This document shows, piece after piece, positions 21,898 to 31,323 of a stretch of DNA of 64,000 nt; the stretch's first letter is position 1; the number at the start of each line of letters is the position of its first letter. Below the pieces are notes generated by a model. The model was not told the DNA's origin, ran no database searches, and saw nothing but the letters and a program-made list of their open reading frames with translations. A program made the translations under genes and the position numbers. This DNA comes from a virus: IMG/VR virus record IMGVR_UViG_3300043425_000861. The stretch is one strand, 5' to 3'.

Positions 21898-22624
21898 AAA
21901 ACTCCACCCCGAAGCCGATTTCAACTTCGACTGTCTCTCCTGACGGGGTTGTAATATGTTGTACTAAATCTAAACTTGGTTTATTTTCTAAAATGTATTT
22001 ACGGAAATCTTGAGAATCTTTGATTGGCATTCTCTCAATAAAATTTCTAATTTGTAATTGGTCTTTAATTCCACCAACAGACTTAATCATCATTTCTAAT
22101 TGTCTTGTTATAACTGGTGCAACTCCTAAACCATTCCAACTATCTTTAATTTTATCAATTTCTTCTTGTTGTTTTTGAGTTAAGAACTTAAATGTGATAT
22201 CTGTTTTACTTTTTTCTAAATAAAACTTAAACTCACCATTACTATCTTCCTCTAATTTAAAGTCTCTTAATTTAACTTGTGATAAATCGGCAATGTGACT
22301 AAATCTTTCTCCTGTTTTAGGGTCAGTTACTAACATCTTATAATCAGAACCAAACGCCGTGTTTCTTAAAAATAAAAGAATCGCTTGTCTATCTTCTTCA
22401 ACTAAATCATCAGTTGAGATATCTTTATCTAAAACTTTTCTTTTTAGTAGTTCATTAACAACACCATTAGATTGTACTAAATTTGGTGATGCTAAAATAT
22501 TTTCATCGGATGCTGTTAGATATGCAATCCTTAATGATTTTTTCTTTGTTGGATAATGAATACCTCTACTAGGTAATTCAACAACGTCGTACGCAATCGT
22601 GGGGTCAACTTTAAATTCTTCCAT
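21875..22624 (-). CDS. Tail assembly chaperone / baseplate hub assembly protein (gp26-like)
   Basis: VELPSRG..Y, LTASDENIL, DRQAILLFLR and a C-terminal EFFRP; lies between tube and tape measure genes. Confidence 0.8.
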   Translation of the reverse strand: MEEFKVDPTIAYDVVELPSRGIHYPTKKKSLRIAYLTASDENILASPNLVQSNGVVNELLKRKVLDKDISTDDLVEEDRQAILLFLRNTAFGSDYKMLVTDPKTGERFSHIADLSQVKLRDFKLEEDSNGEFKFYLEKSKTDITFKFLTQKQQEEIDKIKDSWNGLGVAPVITRQLEMMIKSVGGIKDQLQIRNFIERMPIKDSQDFRKYILENKPSLDLVQHITTPSGETVEVEIGFGVEFFRPFYGL

Positions 22625-22675
22625 ACCTTAAATTTATACTATAAGTATAAAAAAGTAAAGTTTATATAAAAAAAT

Positions 22676-22698
22676 AAAGGTCCCTTTTGAGGACCTTT
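22676..22698 (-). terminator. Intrinsic terminator after the tail tube gene
   Basis: AAAGGTCC-N7-GGACCTTT followed by T-rich sequence on the minus strand. Confidence 0.75.
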
Positions 22699-22725
22699 AA
22701 GACAGATTTTATGTTTATTAAAATA

Positions 22726-23214
22726 TTAGTATACAAGGATACATCTATCCATTCTCAATGTTGCACTGATATCCGCTAATGCATCTTGGCTATAATCCAA
22801 TGTACCAAAATCCAAACCTGATAAGAATGTACCTTGAAGAATCCATTTTTCAACCACAACACCTGTTGGGTCTAACATTTCAAGTTCAATATCTTTTTTA
22901 TATCCAGCAGCGTATCCCATACGACCTGTTACTGATTCTGCGTGTAAACGGAACCACTCCATTAACGCTTGTGCTGCTGAAGGACCAATTGGGTCTTTAA
23001 ATTTAACTGAAATAGATTCCCACTTAAATCTACCTGCAACATATGTTGAAGTATTCAAAAAAGGAATTTCTGTTTCAGCGATAGTTGCTTTAGGTCTTGA
23101 AGCCGATGTTACGTACCATTCGTTGATACCCAATGAAGATGGGAATCTTAGGATAAATCGGTTCTGTCTTTTCGGTTCGTAAGGAACCGGCATTTTCATT
23201 AATAAATCTGCCAT
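22726..23214 (-). CDS. Tail tube protein (gp19-like)
   Basis: EPKRQNRF, AGRFKW, YKKDIELEMLDPTG..VEKW.L.G.F and LDYS motifs. Confidence 0.92.
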   Translation of the reverse strand: MADLLMKMPVPYEPKRQNRFILRFPSSLGINEWYVTSASRPKATIAETEIPFLNTSTYVAGRFKWESISVKFKDPIGPSAAQALMEWFRLHAESVTGRMGYAAGYKKDIELEMLDPTGVVVEKWILQGTFLSGLDFGTLDYSQDALADISATLRMDRCILVY

Positions 23215-23466
23215 TGTCTATTTGTTAAGTTTTAAATTATTACTTTCCTATAAATATGTGCTATTTGGAAAATAGTTTTTTTTCGTTTATTTATTGTGAG
23301 AAGCTTGATTTTCTCATTTTTTTTCTTTATTTTTTCTCTAGGCTCCAGTATAACAATAGAATACACCAGAATAATAACTAGATTAATTAATAATATATAA
23401 TAAATACTAGTATATCTGGTTCCAGAATACTGGGTAAATTATAAAAATATTAGTTTTATAAAATTT

Positions 23467-23482
23467 GGTTCCCCGTGGAACA
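23467..23482. promoter_or_regulatory. parS-like palindrome
   Basis: GGTTCCCCGTGGAACA matches TGTTCCACGTGGAACA at 14/16 positions; intergenic. Confidence 0.55.
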
Positions 23483-23512
23483 TTTTAAATTCCACCATAA
23501 TGGTGTCTATAT

Positions 23513-23540
23513 AAAAAAAGGGGTCCTTTCGGAACCCCTT
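23513..23540 (-). terminator. Intrinsic terminator after the tail sheath gene
   Basis: Minus strand reads AAGGGGTTCC-GAAA-GGACCCC-TTTTTTT. Confidence 0.85.
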
Positions 23541-23562
23541 CTTTATTTTATCTCCTTTTAGA

Positions 23563-26403
23563 TTAGATATTCTCAAATGATGCTCCTGTTGGAGTAATGA
23601 TGAATTCTACATCAATAAATTCAAGAGAACGAGTTGGTTTGATGTAAATCTTACCTCTCAATGTGTTAGCATCGATGTCCTCAGGGTCACTAGATACTGT
23701 TACACGGAAGTCGTAAAGACCTCTTTCTTTCTTTATTGATTCAAGAATTGGGTTAACCAATCTCAAGAATTCTTGTCTTACTTGTTCATCGTTTTGTTCG
23801 AACAATAATCTAACAGCAACTGCAGAAATTAATTTTCTTGCTCTTAATAACAATCTTCTTACGTTGATTCTATCAAGTGCAGATTCTCTAACTTGTAACG
23901 TTTTATTACCCCAGATAATAGTACCTGTATCAGAGAATGTTGCGATTGGGTTGATTCTTGCTTTGTAAAGTGAATCTCTTTCGTCAAGAGTTAACTTTTT
24001 AAACGCTTTAATTGAATTAACCAAACCTCTTGAATAACCTGCTACTGCGAACCAAGGATAAGATACGTTATCTGTCAACGCAATGTTTCTTACAACTTCA
24101 CCTGTTGGTGGTAAGTATAATTGAGTTGAGTTATCGTTATCTCTAACTTGAATCCAAGGCCAATATGTTGCTGAATAGTTACTATCCAAATTAGCTCCAT
24201 CTAACAAATCGGTAATCTCATCGGCAGTTGATACATTTGGTGAGTTAATGATGTAAAGCGAATCTGCTCTATCATTCTCAATAATATCAATTGTTTGAGT
24301 TACTAATGAATTGTGGTCATCAAAGTTGATACCTGGCGTTGCAAATATGTTAATGTCAACAGCTTCAGGGTTTGAGTATGTCTCAATACCTTTTAAGTAT
24401 GCGTAGTAATCAGAGTTACCTACAGTTGTACTGAATACTCCACTATTAGTTGTGTGTCCTGATACGTAAGTTCTTTTACCAAAAACATATCCGTCACCAT
24501 TTGTTCTACTACTTCTGTAGATGTCCCAACCATCAAATCCACCACACACCGCAAATGTAAATTTACGGAATGATATTGAATCTAATTTTCCTTTGTCTGA
24601 ACCTTCTAAATCATAAGGTGTACAATCGAAAGCTTTACCTGTAATGGTATTACCTGTGATTGCAGATGCGTTTGTTGACAAGTGGAAACCAACGGTTACC
24701 GCGTCAGGTGCAACACCTTTATATTTTAATAAATCACTATCAAATCCAATTTGAGATGAAAGACCTAAAGAAACTTTCTTCGCCTTATCACCTTGAGCAG
24801 ATAATGTTGGTTCACCCGTTAATGAGAAAGAACCTGTTTCGTCACCCGCTTCAAAGAATTGTGTTTTATATTTTACAGCACCTAACACAGATGTTGAAGA
24901 TGCTAAGTTGTCAGCAACGAATCCTTTGAAACCTGCAGGAATTGCATCTTCTGGATGTTCGTCAGCCATAACTAACATAATATATTTTGAACGTAATTCA
25001 TATTCACCGTCTTGAGTACCTACTTTTCTACCAACATAACCTGGTAATGATGAATCCATAGTACATCTTGTAAATTTCTCCAAAACAACCATATTATCAT
25101 CACTATCGTTAAAGTCACGAACAAGTATGTCAAACTCACCAGTATCTAAATCGATATTAAGAAGAGTGATTTTTACTTGATAGTTTGCGGCGTTACCGTC
25201 AGAAACTGTGAACACTTGGAAAAGGTCAGAAACTTTACCACCTCGTACTTCAGAAACAACCATCGGTGAAGCTGGAGTATCCCACTCACCAACGAAATCG
25301 TTACCAACTGTATGGTAAACTTCATCTAAACTTAAACCAAGAATTAATCCTTGTTCATACAACGTTTTAATTAAAGTTGGATAAACTTCGTGTACGTATA
25401 CAGGAATCTCATCACGTTTTTTGTCAAACACATCATTACCAATTACTTTGGTGATGTATTTTGATGACGTTGTATCTAAAGAACAAGTAAACTCTTTTGC
25501 TCCACTTGTAGAACCTGTTACATTAATTGTAAATTCACCTAATGGATTAGTAGTTAACGTGTCAGAACTAATTACAAACGAGGAGTTTGAAGTTACTTCT
25601 AAACCTAAAGATTCTAATGTATAACCACCTCTTGGTCTTAATGCCGCTACAGTGATATCACCATAATCATTACTTGTTGTACCTGTGTAATTGTATCTTG
25701 TAACTACGAAAGTTGAACTAGCTCCTGAATAGTGGAACAAATATGAATATAATCCATTAACGTTTCCACCACTTGTAGTGTAGAAATTGTTGTACCAATT
25801 CTGATTTGTATACTCACCCAATGGACTGTCTAACTGTGTTCCAGTTTCAGCTGCGGTTGCTGCTTCAGGAACCACACCGATTGTAAACCAATCGTTATCT
25901 GAATATGATACCCCATCAAGGATGAAATCAGTTACACTGTCACCTGTTGATGCAGTTTTACCTGATAACGCTCCGTAGAATGTACTTCCTGTAATTCCTG
26001 TTACCGTTGGTACCAATGTACCTGAAGTTGAAACAGGGGTTTCGGTAGAATCCCAAGAGATACCTGCGATTGTTTTGATACCGAATGTTTTATTAGGTTT
26101 GAAACCTGTTAAACCAAGTACTCTTGTTACGAATAATTGGTTCGATTCTTGTAAATACGCTTTTGCCACATATGCCAATTCGTACTTTGGATTACCGTTA
26201 CCGTATTTTTCAGGTGAGGTAGTACCAAAGTAAGTTTTGAATTCATCAAAATCTGTAATCAATACGGGTTCGAAAGCTGGACCTTTTAAAGTTTCACCTG
26301 CTAAACCTAATGTTGTTACTCCGACACTTTGTGCAACAAATGTTAAGTCTTTCTCTGATGTGTAGACACCCGGAGAAACGAATACTTTGTTTGAATTTGC
26401 CAT
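23563..26403 (-). CDS. Tail sheath protein (gp18-like)
   Basis: SPGVYTSEKD, KGP, PWFAVAGYSRG, LYKARINPI, WGNKTL, RINVRRLL and KPTRSLEFI motifs. Confidence 0.96.
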   Translation of the reverse strand: MANSNKVFVSPGVYTSEKDLTFVAQSVGVTTLGLAGETLKGPAFEPVLITDFDEFKTYFGTTSPEKYGNGNPKYELAYVAKAYLQESNQLFVTRVLGLTGFKPNKTFGIKTIAGISWDSTETPVSTSGTLVPTVTGITGSTFYGALSGKTASTGDSVTDFILDGVSYSDNDWFTIGVVPEAATAAETGTQLDSPLGEYTNQNWYNNFYTTSGGNVNGLYSYLFHYSGASSTFVVTRYNYTGTTSNDYGDITVAALRPRGGYTLESLGLEVTSNSSFVISSDTLTTNPLGEFTINVTGSTSGAKEFTCSLDTTSSKYITKVIGNDVFDKKRDEIPVYVHEVYPTLIKTLYEQGLILGLSLDEVYHTVGNDFVGEWDTPASPMVVSEVRGGKVSDLFQVFTVSDGNAANYQVKITLLNIDLDTGEFDILVRDFNDSDDNMVVLEKFTRCTMDSSLPGYVGRKVGTQDGEYELRSKYIMLVMADEHPEDAIPAGFKGFVADNLASSTSVLGAVKYKTQFFEAGDETGSFSLTGEPTLSAQGDKAKKVSLGLSSQIGFDSDLLKYKGVAPDAVTVGFHLSTNASAITGNTITGKAFDCTPYDLEGSDKGKLDSISFRKFTFAVCGGFDGWDIYRSSRTNGDGYVFGKRTYVSGHTTNSGVFSTTVGNSDYYAYLKGIETYSNPEAVDINIFATPGINFDDHNSLVTQTIDIIENDRADSLYIINSPNVSTADEITDLLDGANLDSNYSATYWPWIQVRDNDNSTQLYLPPTGEVVRNIALTDNVSYPWFAVAGYSRGLVNSIKAFKKLTLDERDSLYKARINPIATFSDTGTIIWGNKTLQVRESALDRINVRRLLLRARKLISAVAVRLLFEQNDEQVRQEFLRLVNPILESIKKERGLYDFRVTVSSDPEDIDANTLRGKIYIKPTRSLEFIDVEFIITPTGASFENI

Positions 26404-26530
26404 CGATTGTTGTTTGGTTAAATTATTTTTATTACTTATTCAATAAATATCTTTGTTTTTAGCAAAGATTTCGGTACTTTTCTTAAAAAAGATAGTTAAT
26501 TATTTTTTTAGATATATATTTATCTTTACT

Positions 26531-26689
26531 ATGGAAAACAAGAGTAAAAACGTAAAAATTAGTGAGAAACACCACGAAATGTTAAAAACCCATTGTGATA
26601 AAAATGGGTTAAAAATTTACAAAGTTTTAGAAAAGTGGATTGAAGACTATTGTAAACCCAAGAAAAAAGACATATACGGGGAATCTTAG
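26531..26689 (+). CDS. Small ribbon-helix-helix-like DNA-binding protein
   Basis: MENKSKNVKISEKHHEMLKTHC..GLKIYKVLEKWI. The ATG at 26531 follows a TATCTTT element. Confidence 0.65.
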   Translation: MENKSKNVKISEKHHEMLKTHCDKNGLKIYKVLEKWIEDYCKPKKKDIYGES

Positions 26690-27921
26690 TGAATATAGGT
26701 AATACCAATATTTGACCCTACAAGAGGGGCTGATAACAATGTTATCTCCTTATCTCCCGAAATTGCAAATCCATCACCCTCCTCATCTATAAGACCATTT
26801 ATATTAACGTTGATAACACTATCAATCTTATTTGCAACTGTGAATACTAATGACGAACCGTCATATACAAAATTTTCACTATCTAAAAACAATGGTTTAC
26901 CGTAACTGTCAATAAACACACTATTTCGACCCGCATAATATGATACCGTCACCTCCCATCCTTCAGGTGGTGGTTCCGAAAAAGTTATTTTGGATGTTCC
27001 TGCAATATGGAAATAATCAACATCTTTTTCTTGTATCAAACCATTTAATGCTACAGAAAATAAAAATCCAATAGATTCTCCCACACTAAATGTTGTTTGC
27101 ATACCATCAGCAACAAACTTTGCGGTTGTTGTTTCAATCGACTTATTAAAAAATTTCTTTTCGTATGGTTTAGTACCAATGAACTCGGTCATTAAGAATA
27201 ATCTACTAACCGCTGGTTTAATTTCAAATTCCTCATCATCAATTAAAAATCCTAACATAGTGAAGTCATATGTTTGCATATAAAACCTACGACCATCCAT
27301 AGAATCGATTGGTGAGTTATCACTATTCTTATCTAATATAATTGGAATAAAATGTCCTTTTACTGTTGTATAATCCTGTCTTGATGAAAAGTTTTGAAGT
27401 ACAATTTTATTGAATCGGTTCAAATCTCTAAATTTCTGACAAACAATTGTGACCTCATAACTAATATCAACCGCAACGGGTTGAGGTATTTTATAAACAT
27501 CTGCACCCATTTGGGTACCGTTCCAAGTCGGAACAGAAGCATAATAGAATGTTCTTCTATCGGGTATCGTTCTTTGTACAATCGGATTCGTACCTGGCTG
27601 AACGTCGGGTCTTCTGATTATCGCAATGAATGGTAACTTCATATTACCGTCTTCATCCATAAATGACCAATTGTTAGTCATTTCACCCCATCTCTGAATT
27701 GTTAGTATTTTATTAATTACAGGAATTTGTACTCCGTCTGAAACTACTTTAAAATTTTCCTTAACATACTCGAGCATACCTAAATCTAAATCATCGTGTA
27801 ATATAGAGTCAGGTAAGTAGGTGTCGGATTTAGTTATTCTCTCAAGTAACTCTTGTCTTCTACCTAATAATTCTTTTTGTCCGTATACGGATATATTGTT
27901 TTTTCTTTTTGGTAACGGCAT
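26686..27921 (-). CDS. Tail completion / sheath stabiliser-like virion protein
   Basis: Likely start MPLPK at 27921. KLPFIAIIR and PVAVDISYEV motifs, plus two C-terminal beta repeats (NGLI.E..D..I.G...ITF..P). Lies between neck and sheath genes. Confidence 0.65.
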   Translation of the reverse strand: MPLPKRKNNISVYGQKELLGRRQELLERITKSDTYLPDSILHDDLDLGMLEYVKENFKVVSDGVQIPVINKILTIQRWGEMTNNWSFMDEDGNMKLPFIAIIRRPDVQPGTNPIVQRTIPDRRTFYYASVPTWNGTQMGADVYKIPQPVAVDISYEVTIVCQKFRDLNRFNKIVLQNFSSRQDYTTVKGHFIPIILDKNSDNSPIDSMDGRRFYMQTYDFTMLGFLIDDEEFEIKPAVSRLFLMTEFIGTKPYEKKFFNKSIETTTAKFVADGMQTTFSVGESIGFLFSVALNGLIQEKDVDYFHIAGTSKITFSEPPPEGWEVTVSYYAGRNSVFIDSYGKPLFLDSENFVYDGSSLVFTVANKIDSVINVNINGLIDEEGDGFAISGDKEITLLSAPLVGSNIGITYIH

Positions 27922-27922
27922 A

Positions 27923-28435
27923 TTATATTCCTCTAAATTCTGATTCTTGTACAGGTGCACAAGTTATTGTTCGATAGTACGGTTTATAACCAAAGTAGTT
28001 ATGTTTATTGTCTGATGTTACTTTACCATCATTCGTCACCGTATAATATCTAAGTCTACCCTCAGATTCAGGGTATCCAACATAATCACCATATCTAATA
28101 TCTACCCCCAATTCATCTAAATGTTTTAGATATACCTGAAAAACCATATTACCCGGCTCAAGGTATCTTAACATACCACTTTTATATGATGAATTTTTAG
28201 GTTCTTCAATCTTAACCAACGCATTCACCTCAATCGGAGGGAAATACTTTATTTCGTCCTTACCAACTTCAGCATATACGTCATCCTTCTCGGTTTTAGC
28301 TCTATCCACACGATAGATAACCAATTTCATATTCAAATCTCCGTGCAAATACTCTTGACCCATTTGTATTTGTAAATCAAAATCTTCATTTGAGAAGAAT
28401 TTCGACATTCTGGTAATCGGTAACTTATTTTCCAT
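27923..28435 (-). CDS. Head closure / neck protein (gp14-like)
   Basis: DDVYAE...KYFPPIE and IRYGDYV; sits in the neck region; late motif upstream. Confidence 0.6.
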   Translation of the reverse strand: MENKLPITRMSKFFSNEDFDLQIQMGQEYLHGDLNMKLVIYRVDRAKTEKDDVYAEVGKDEIKYFPPIEVNALVKIEEPKNSSYKSGMLRYLEPGNMVFQVYLKHLDELGVDIRYGDYVGYPESEGRLRYYTVTNDGKVTSDNKHNYFGYKPYYRTITCAPVQESEFRGI

Positions 28436-28483
28436 ATACCTATAAATAGTTTAAATATATAATCAAATTAGTTATATTTTATT

Positions 28484-30235
28484 ATGGAAAAGAAAATCCC
28501 TGAAATTGAGGCGAGAGAGATATTATCATCATACTCAGGTTCCAATAATCAATTATTGGAATGGAAGGTTAAAATGGAAACTGCTAAAAGTTTTACATTT
28601 ACTCGTCCACAGGCCGAATATGTAATTAAGTACCAAGATACGGTTCCCAAGGTTGCAAGAAAATATGTTAATATAGTAGAGACGTTTGGTGAGAAAATAA
28701 TGGAACAACGTTTATTAGTAACAGTTCCCCAAAAAATATGGGTTGAGAAACTATTATGTGATTCAGATAAAGCGTTTCATATATGGGGAAAAGTTTTTGA
28801 AACAGATAAACTCCACGCAATGTGGGTTCCAAAATCGGCAATCTTACAAGAAGAGAAAAAGTTAAATAGAGTTATTGATTATTCCCCATACCATAAAAGA
28901 CCACCTATGGAACATCAAAAGGTAGCAATTGAAAAATTGTTAGCCAATGATAAATTCATTTTGGCCGATGATATGGGTTTAGGTAAGACTACCGCAGCGG
29001 TAATTGCTTCGTTGGAATCAAATGCCAGAAAAATTCTGATAGTTTGTCCGGCATCGTTGAAAATTAACTGGCAAAGAGAAATTGAGAATTATACTGATAG
29101 AAGAATATTATTAGTTGAGGGTCGTAGATGGGGTTCTACATTTGATTTTTATATTATAAACTACGATATATTAAAGAACTTCCACACAACTGATAAGAGT
29201 GAAGATAGTGACGATTACAAATTATTAGTCAACGCAGGTTTTGAATTAGCAATCGTAGATGAGGCTCACTACATTTCAAACAATACAGCTCAAAGAACAA
29301 GACTATTAAATGATGTCTTAGAACAAATTCCTAAAGTTTGGTTACTAACAGGAACACCGATGACCTCAAGACCAATCAACTATTTTAATCTATTAAAAAT
29401 TGTTGAGTCACCATTGACATTGAATTGGCAATCATATGTTCGTAGATACTGTGCGGGTTACCAATTTAGAGTTGGGCAACGAAAAGTTTGGAATACGAGT
29501 GGTGCGAGTAATTTGGATGAACTTCGTGAAAGAACCAAGAGTCTTGTTTTACGTAGAATGAAAACTGATATTCTTGATTTACCTGAAAAAATTGTAACTC
29601 CTGTTTATTTGGAACTTAGAAATACTTTTTATGATGACGAGTTAGAGGAGTTTATGAGAATCAGTAAAGATAATAAAGAAAATGAAAGTATAACTGTTAC
29701 TCTAAATCGTTTGATGAAAATTCGTCAATTGATTGCAATTGAAAAAGTTCCATACACTTGTGAATTAATTGATAAATGTATCGACCAAGGTAAGAAAGTA
29801 ATTGTGTTTACCAACTTCACGAGTTCATTAGATTTATTACAGGAAAAATATAAAAAGACTTGTGTAACTCTCGATGGTCGTATGTCTAAAGAACGTAGAC
29901 AAGAATCGGTCGATAAATTTCAAAACAACGATAAAATAAAAGTATTCATCTCAAATATTATTGCTGGCGGTGTTGGTATTACTTTAACCGCGGCTGAGAT
30001 TGTTATTATGAATGACTTATCCTTTGTTCCGGCACATCATAGTCAAGCAGAAGATAGAGCATATCGTTATGGGCAAAAAAATAGTGTTCTCGTATATTAT
30101 CCAATATTTGAAAACACTATTGAGAAAATTGTCTATAATATGTTACAAAAGAAGAAAGGTATTATAGACCAAGTTATGGGGGACGGGGAATATTCTGAAA
30201 GTTTCAGTAAAGATTTACTTAAAAGTCTTCTCTAA
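28484..30235 (+). CDS. SNF2-family helicase (SMARCAL1/HARP-like)
   Basis: LADDMGLGKT, VCPASL, DEAH, LTGTP, LRR.K and QAEDRAYRYGQ motifs. Confidence 0.95.
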   Translation: MEKKIPEIEAREILSSYSGSNNQLLEWKVKMETAKSFTFTRPQAEYVIKYQDTVPKVARKYVNIVETFGEKIMEQRLLVTVPQKIWVEKLLCDSDKAFHIWGKVFETDKLHAMWVPKSAILQEEKKLNRVIDYSPYHKRPPMEHQKVAIEKLLANDKFILADDMGLGKTTAAVIASLESNARKILIVCPASLKINWQREIENYTDRRILLVEGRRWGSTFDFYIINYDILKNFHTTDKSEDSDDYKLLVNAGFELAIVDEAHYISNNTAQRTRLLNDVLEQIPKVWLLTGTPMTSRPINYFNLLKIVESPLTLNWQSYVRRYCAGYQFRVGQRKVWNTSGASNLDELRERTKSLVLRRMKTDILDLPEKIVTPVYLELRNTFYDDELEEFMRISKDNKENESITVTLNRLMKIRQLIAIEKVPYTCELIDKCIDQGKKVIVFTNFTSSLDLLQEKYKKTCVTLDGRMSKERRQESVDKFQNNDKIKVFISNIIAGGVGITLTAAEIVIMNDLSFVPAHHSQAEDRAYRYGQKNSVLVYYPIFENTIEKIVYNMLQKKKGIIDQVMGDGEYSESFSKDLLKSLL

Positions 30236-31285
30236 TTCTTTAATCACCTCATTGATTTTATCTTTAATTGATTCATCAGAATCGTCGATAAAATTAATTG
30301 ATACCGTTTTGTTCTCTTGATTGTAGTTAACTTCGTTTACCGTTTCGTTTCTTGTAATCAACAATGTAATATCGTTGTTACCTGTGATTCTCATTAATGA
30401 TTTTAATTCGTTAAACATATCGATTGTTTTAAAATTATTTGTTATATTTTGTTTAGGAAAAAACCACTCCTTTTTATTCCTAACATTATTTTTATTTACT
30501 ACCGTTAAGATATTGTTTTTATAAACCAACACAAAAAAGTCACATTTAGAATACGAACTGAAATTTGCGTAAGTTGTTACATTACCATCTTTATCTATGC
30601 TATAGTATTTGTGTTTTATTTGATATTTTGACTCTACTTCGTTATTGTAAATCCATAAATCAGTACCTTGGTCAATATCATTACAATCCCCAAGACCCTC
30701 GGTAACCACATAACTTGTTATGTTTGGATTTATTTTATTTAAATAAAGTTCACACAAAAATTCTGCGGTGTCTCCAATCAACATTGTCTCATAACAAATT
30801 TTCATTAATTCAACACAAACAGGACTATCGTATGTTAACCATTCTTGGGATTTGTGTCTGATAATTCTTAATAGATTTTTAATCTTTAAATCGGTTAAAG
30901 ACTTCTCTTTTTCCCAATTATCATTAATGAAAATTTTCTCAGTCGGAATATCTACATCGTTTATTTTTATTGATGGGACTCCTGAATTTTTTAATTCTAA
31001 AAGGTATTTGTTACATAAATTAAACAAGTAAATTAACCCTCTTGAGTTTGTTTCGAGAGTGTTCAATCTGTGCCACTTTCCGTTTATGACTACCCCAAGT
31101 TTTACATAAGAACACTTAGGATTTTGTAACCATAAACCCTTTTCCTTATATAATTCCTCTAAAATATATTTTATACTTTTAGAAATTCTATTCTTATAAT
31201 CCGTTGAATGTATGTCCGCCCACGTATCTTCCGACATTACGTAGTTTGTTATTTCTAAAGTTTTTAATCTTTCTTGGACGTTCAT
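30215..31285 (-). CDS. Hypothetical protein with a putative PD-(D/E)XK nuclease domain
   Basis: GDTAE ... GTDLW ... YQIK spacing. Confidence 0.5.
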   Translation of the reverse strand: MNVQERLKTLEITNYVMSEDTWADIHSTDYKNRISKSIKYILEELYKEKGLWLQNPKCSYVKLGVVINGKWHRLNTLETNSRGLIYLFNLCNKYLLELKNSGVPSIKINDVDIPTEKIFINDNWEKEKSLTDLKIKNLLRIIRHKSQEWLTYDSPVCVELMKICYETMLIGDTAEFLCELYLNKINPNITSYVVTEGLGDCNDIDQGTDLWIYNNEVESKYQIKHKYYSIDKDGNVTTYANFSSYSKCDFFVLVYKNNILTVVNKNNVRNKKEWFFPKQNITNNFKTIDMFNELKSLMRITGNNDITLLITRNETVNEVNYNQENKTVSINFIDDSDESIKDKINEVIKELEKTFK

Positions 31286-31323
31286 ATTACCAAAAATAAA
31301 CTATTTATAGGAATATATCAAAT

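Noticed and set aside
23215-23562. tRNA or small ORF in the sheath-tube gap
   Set aside because: No cloverleaf or T-loop context and no credible ORF; the sequence is low-complexity and AT-rich.
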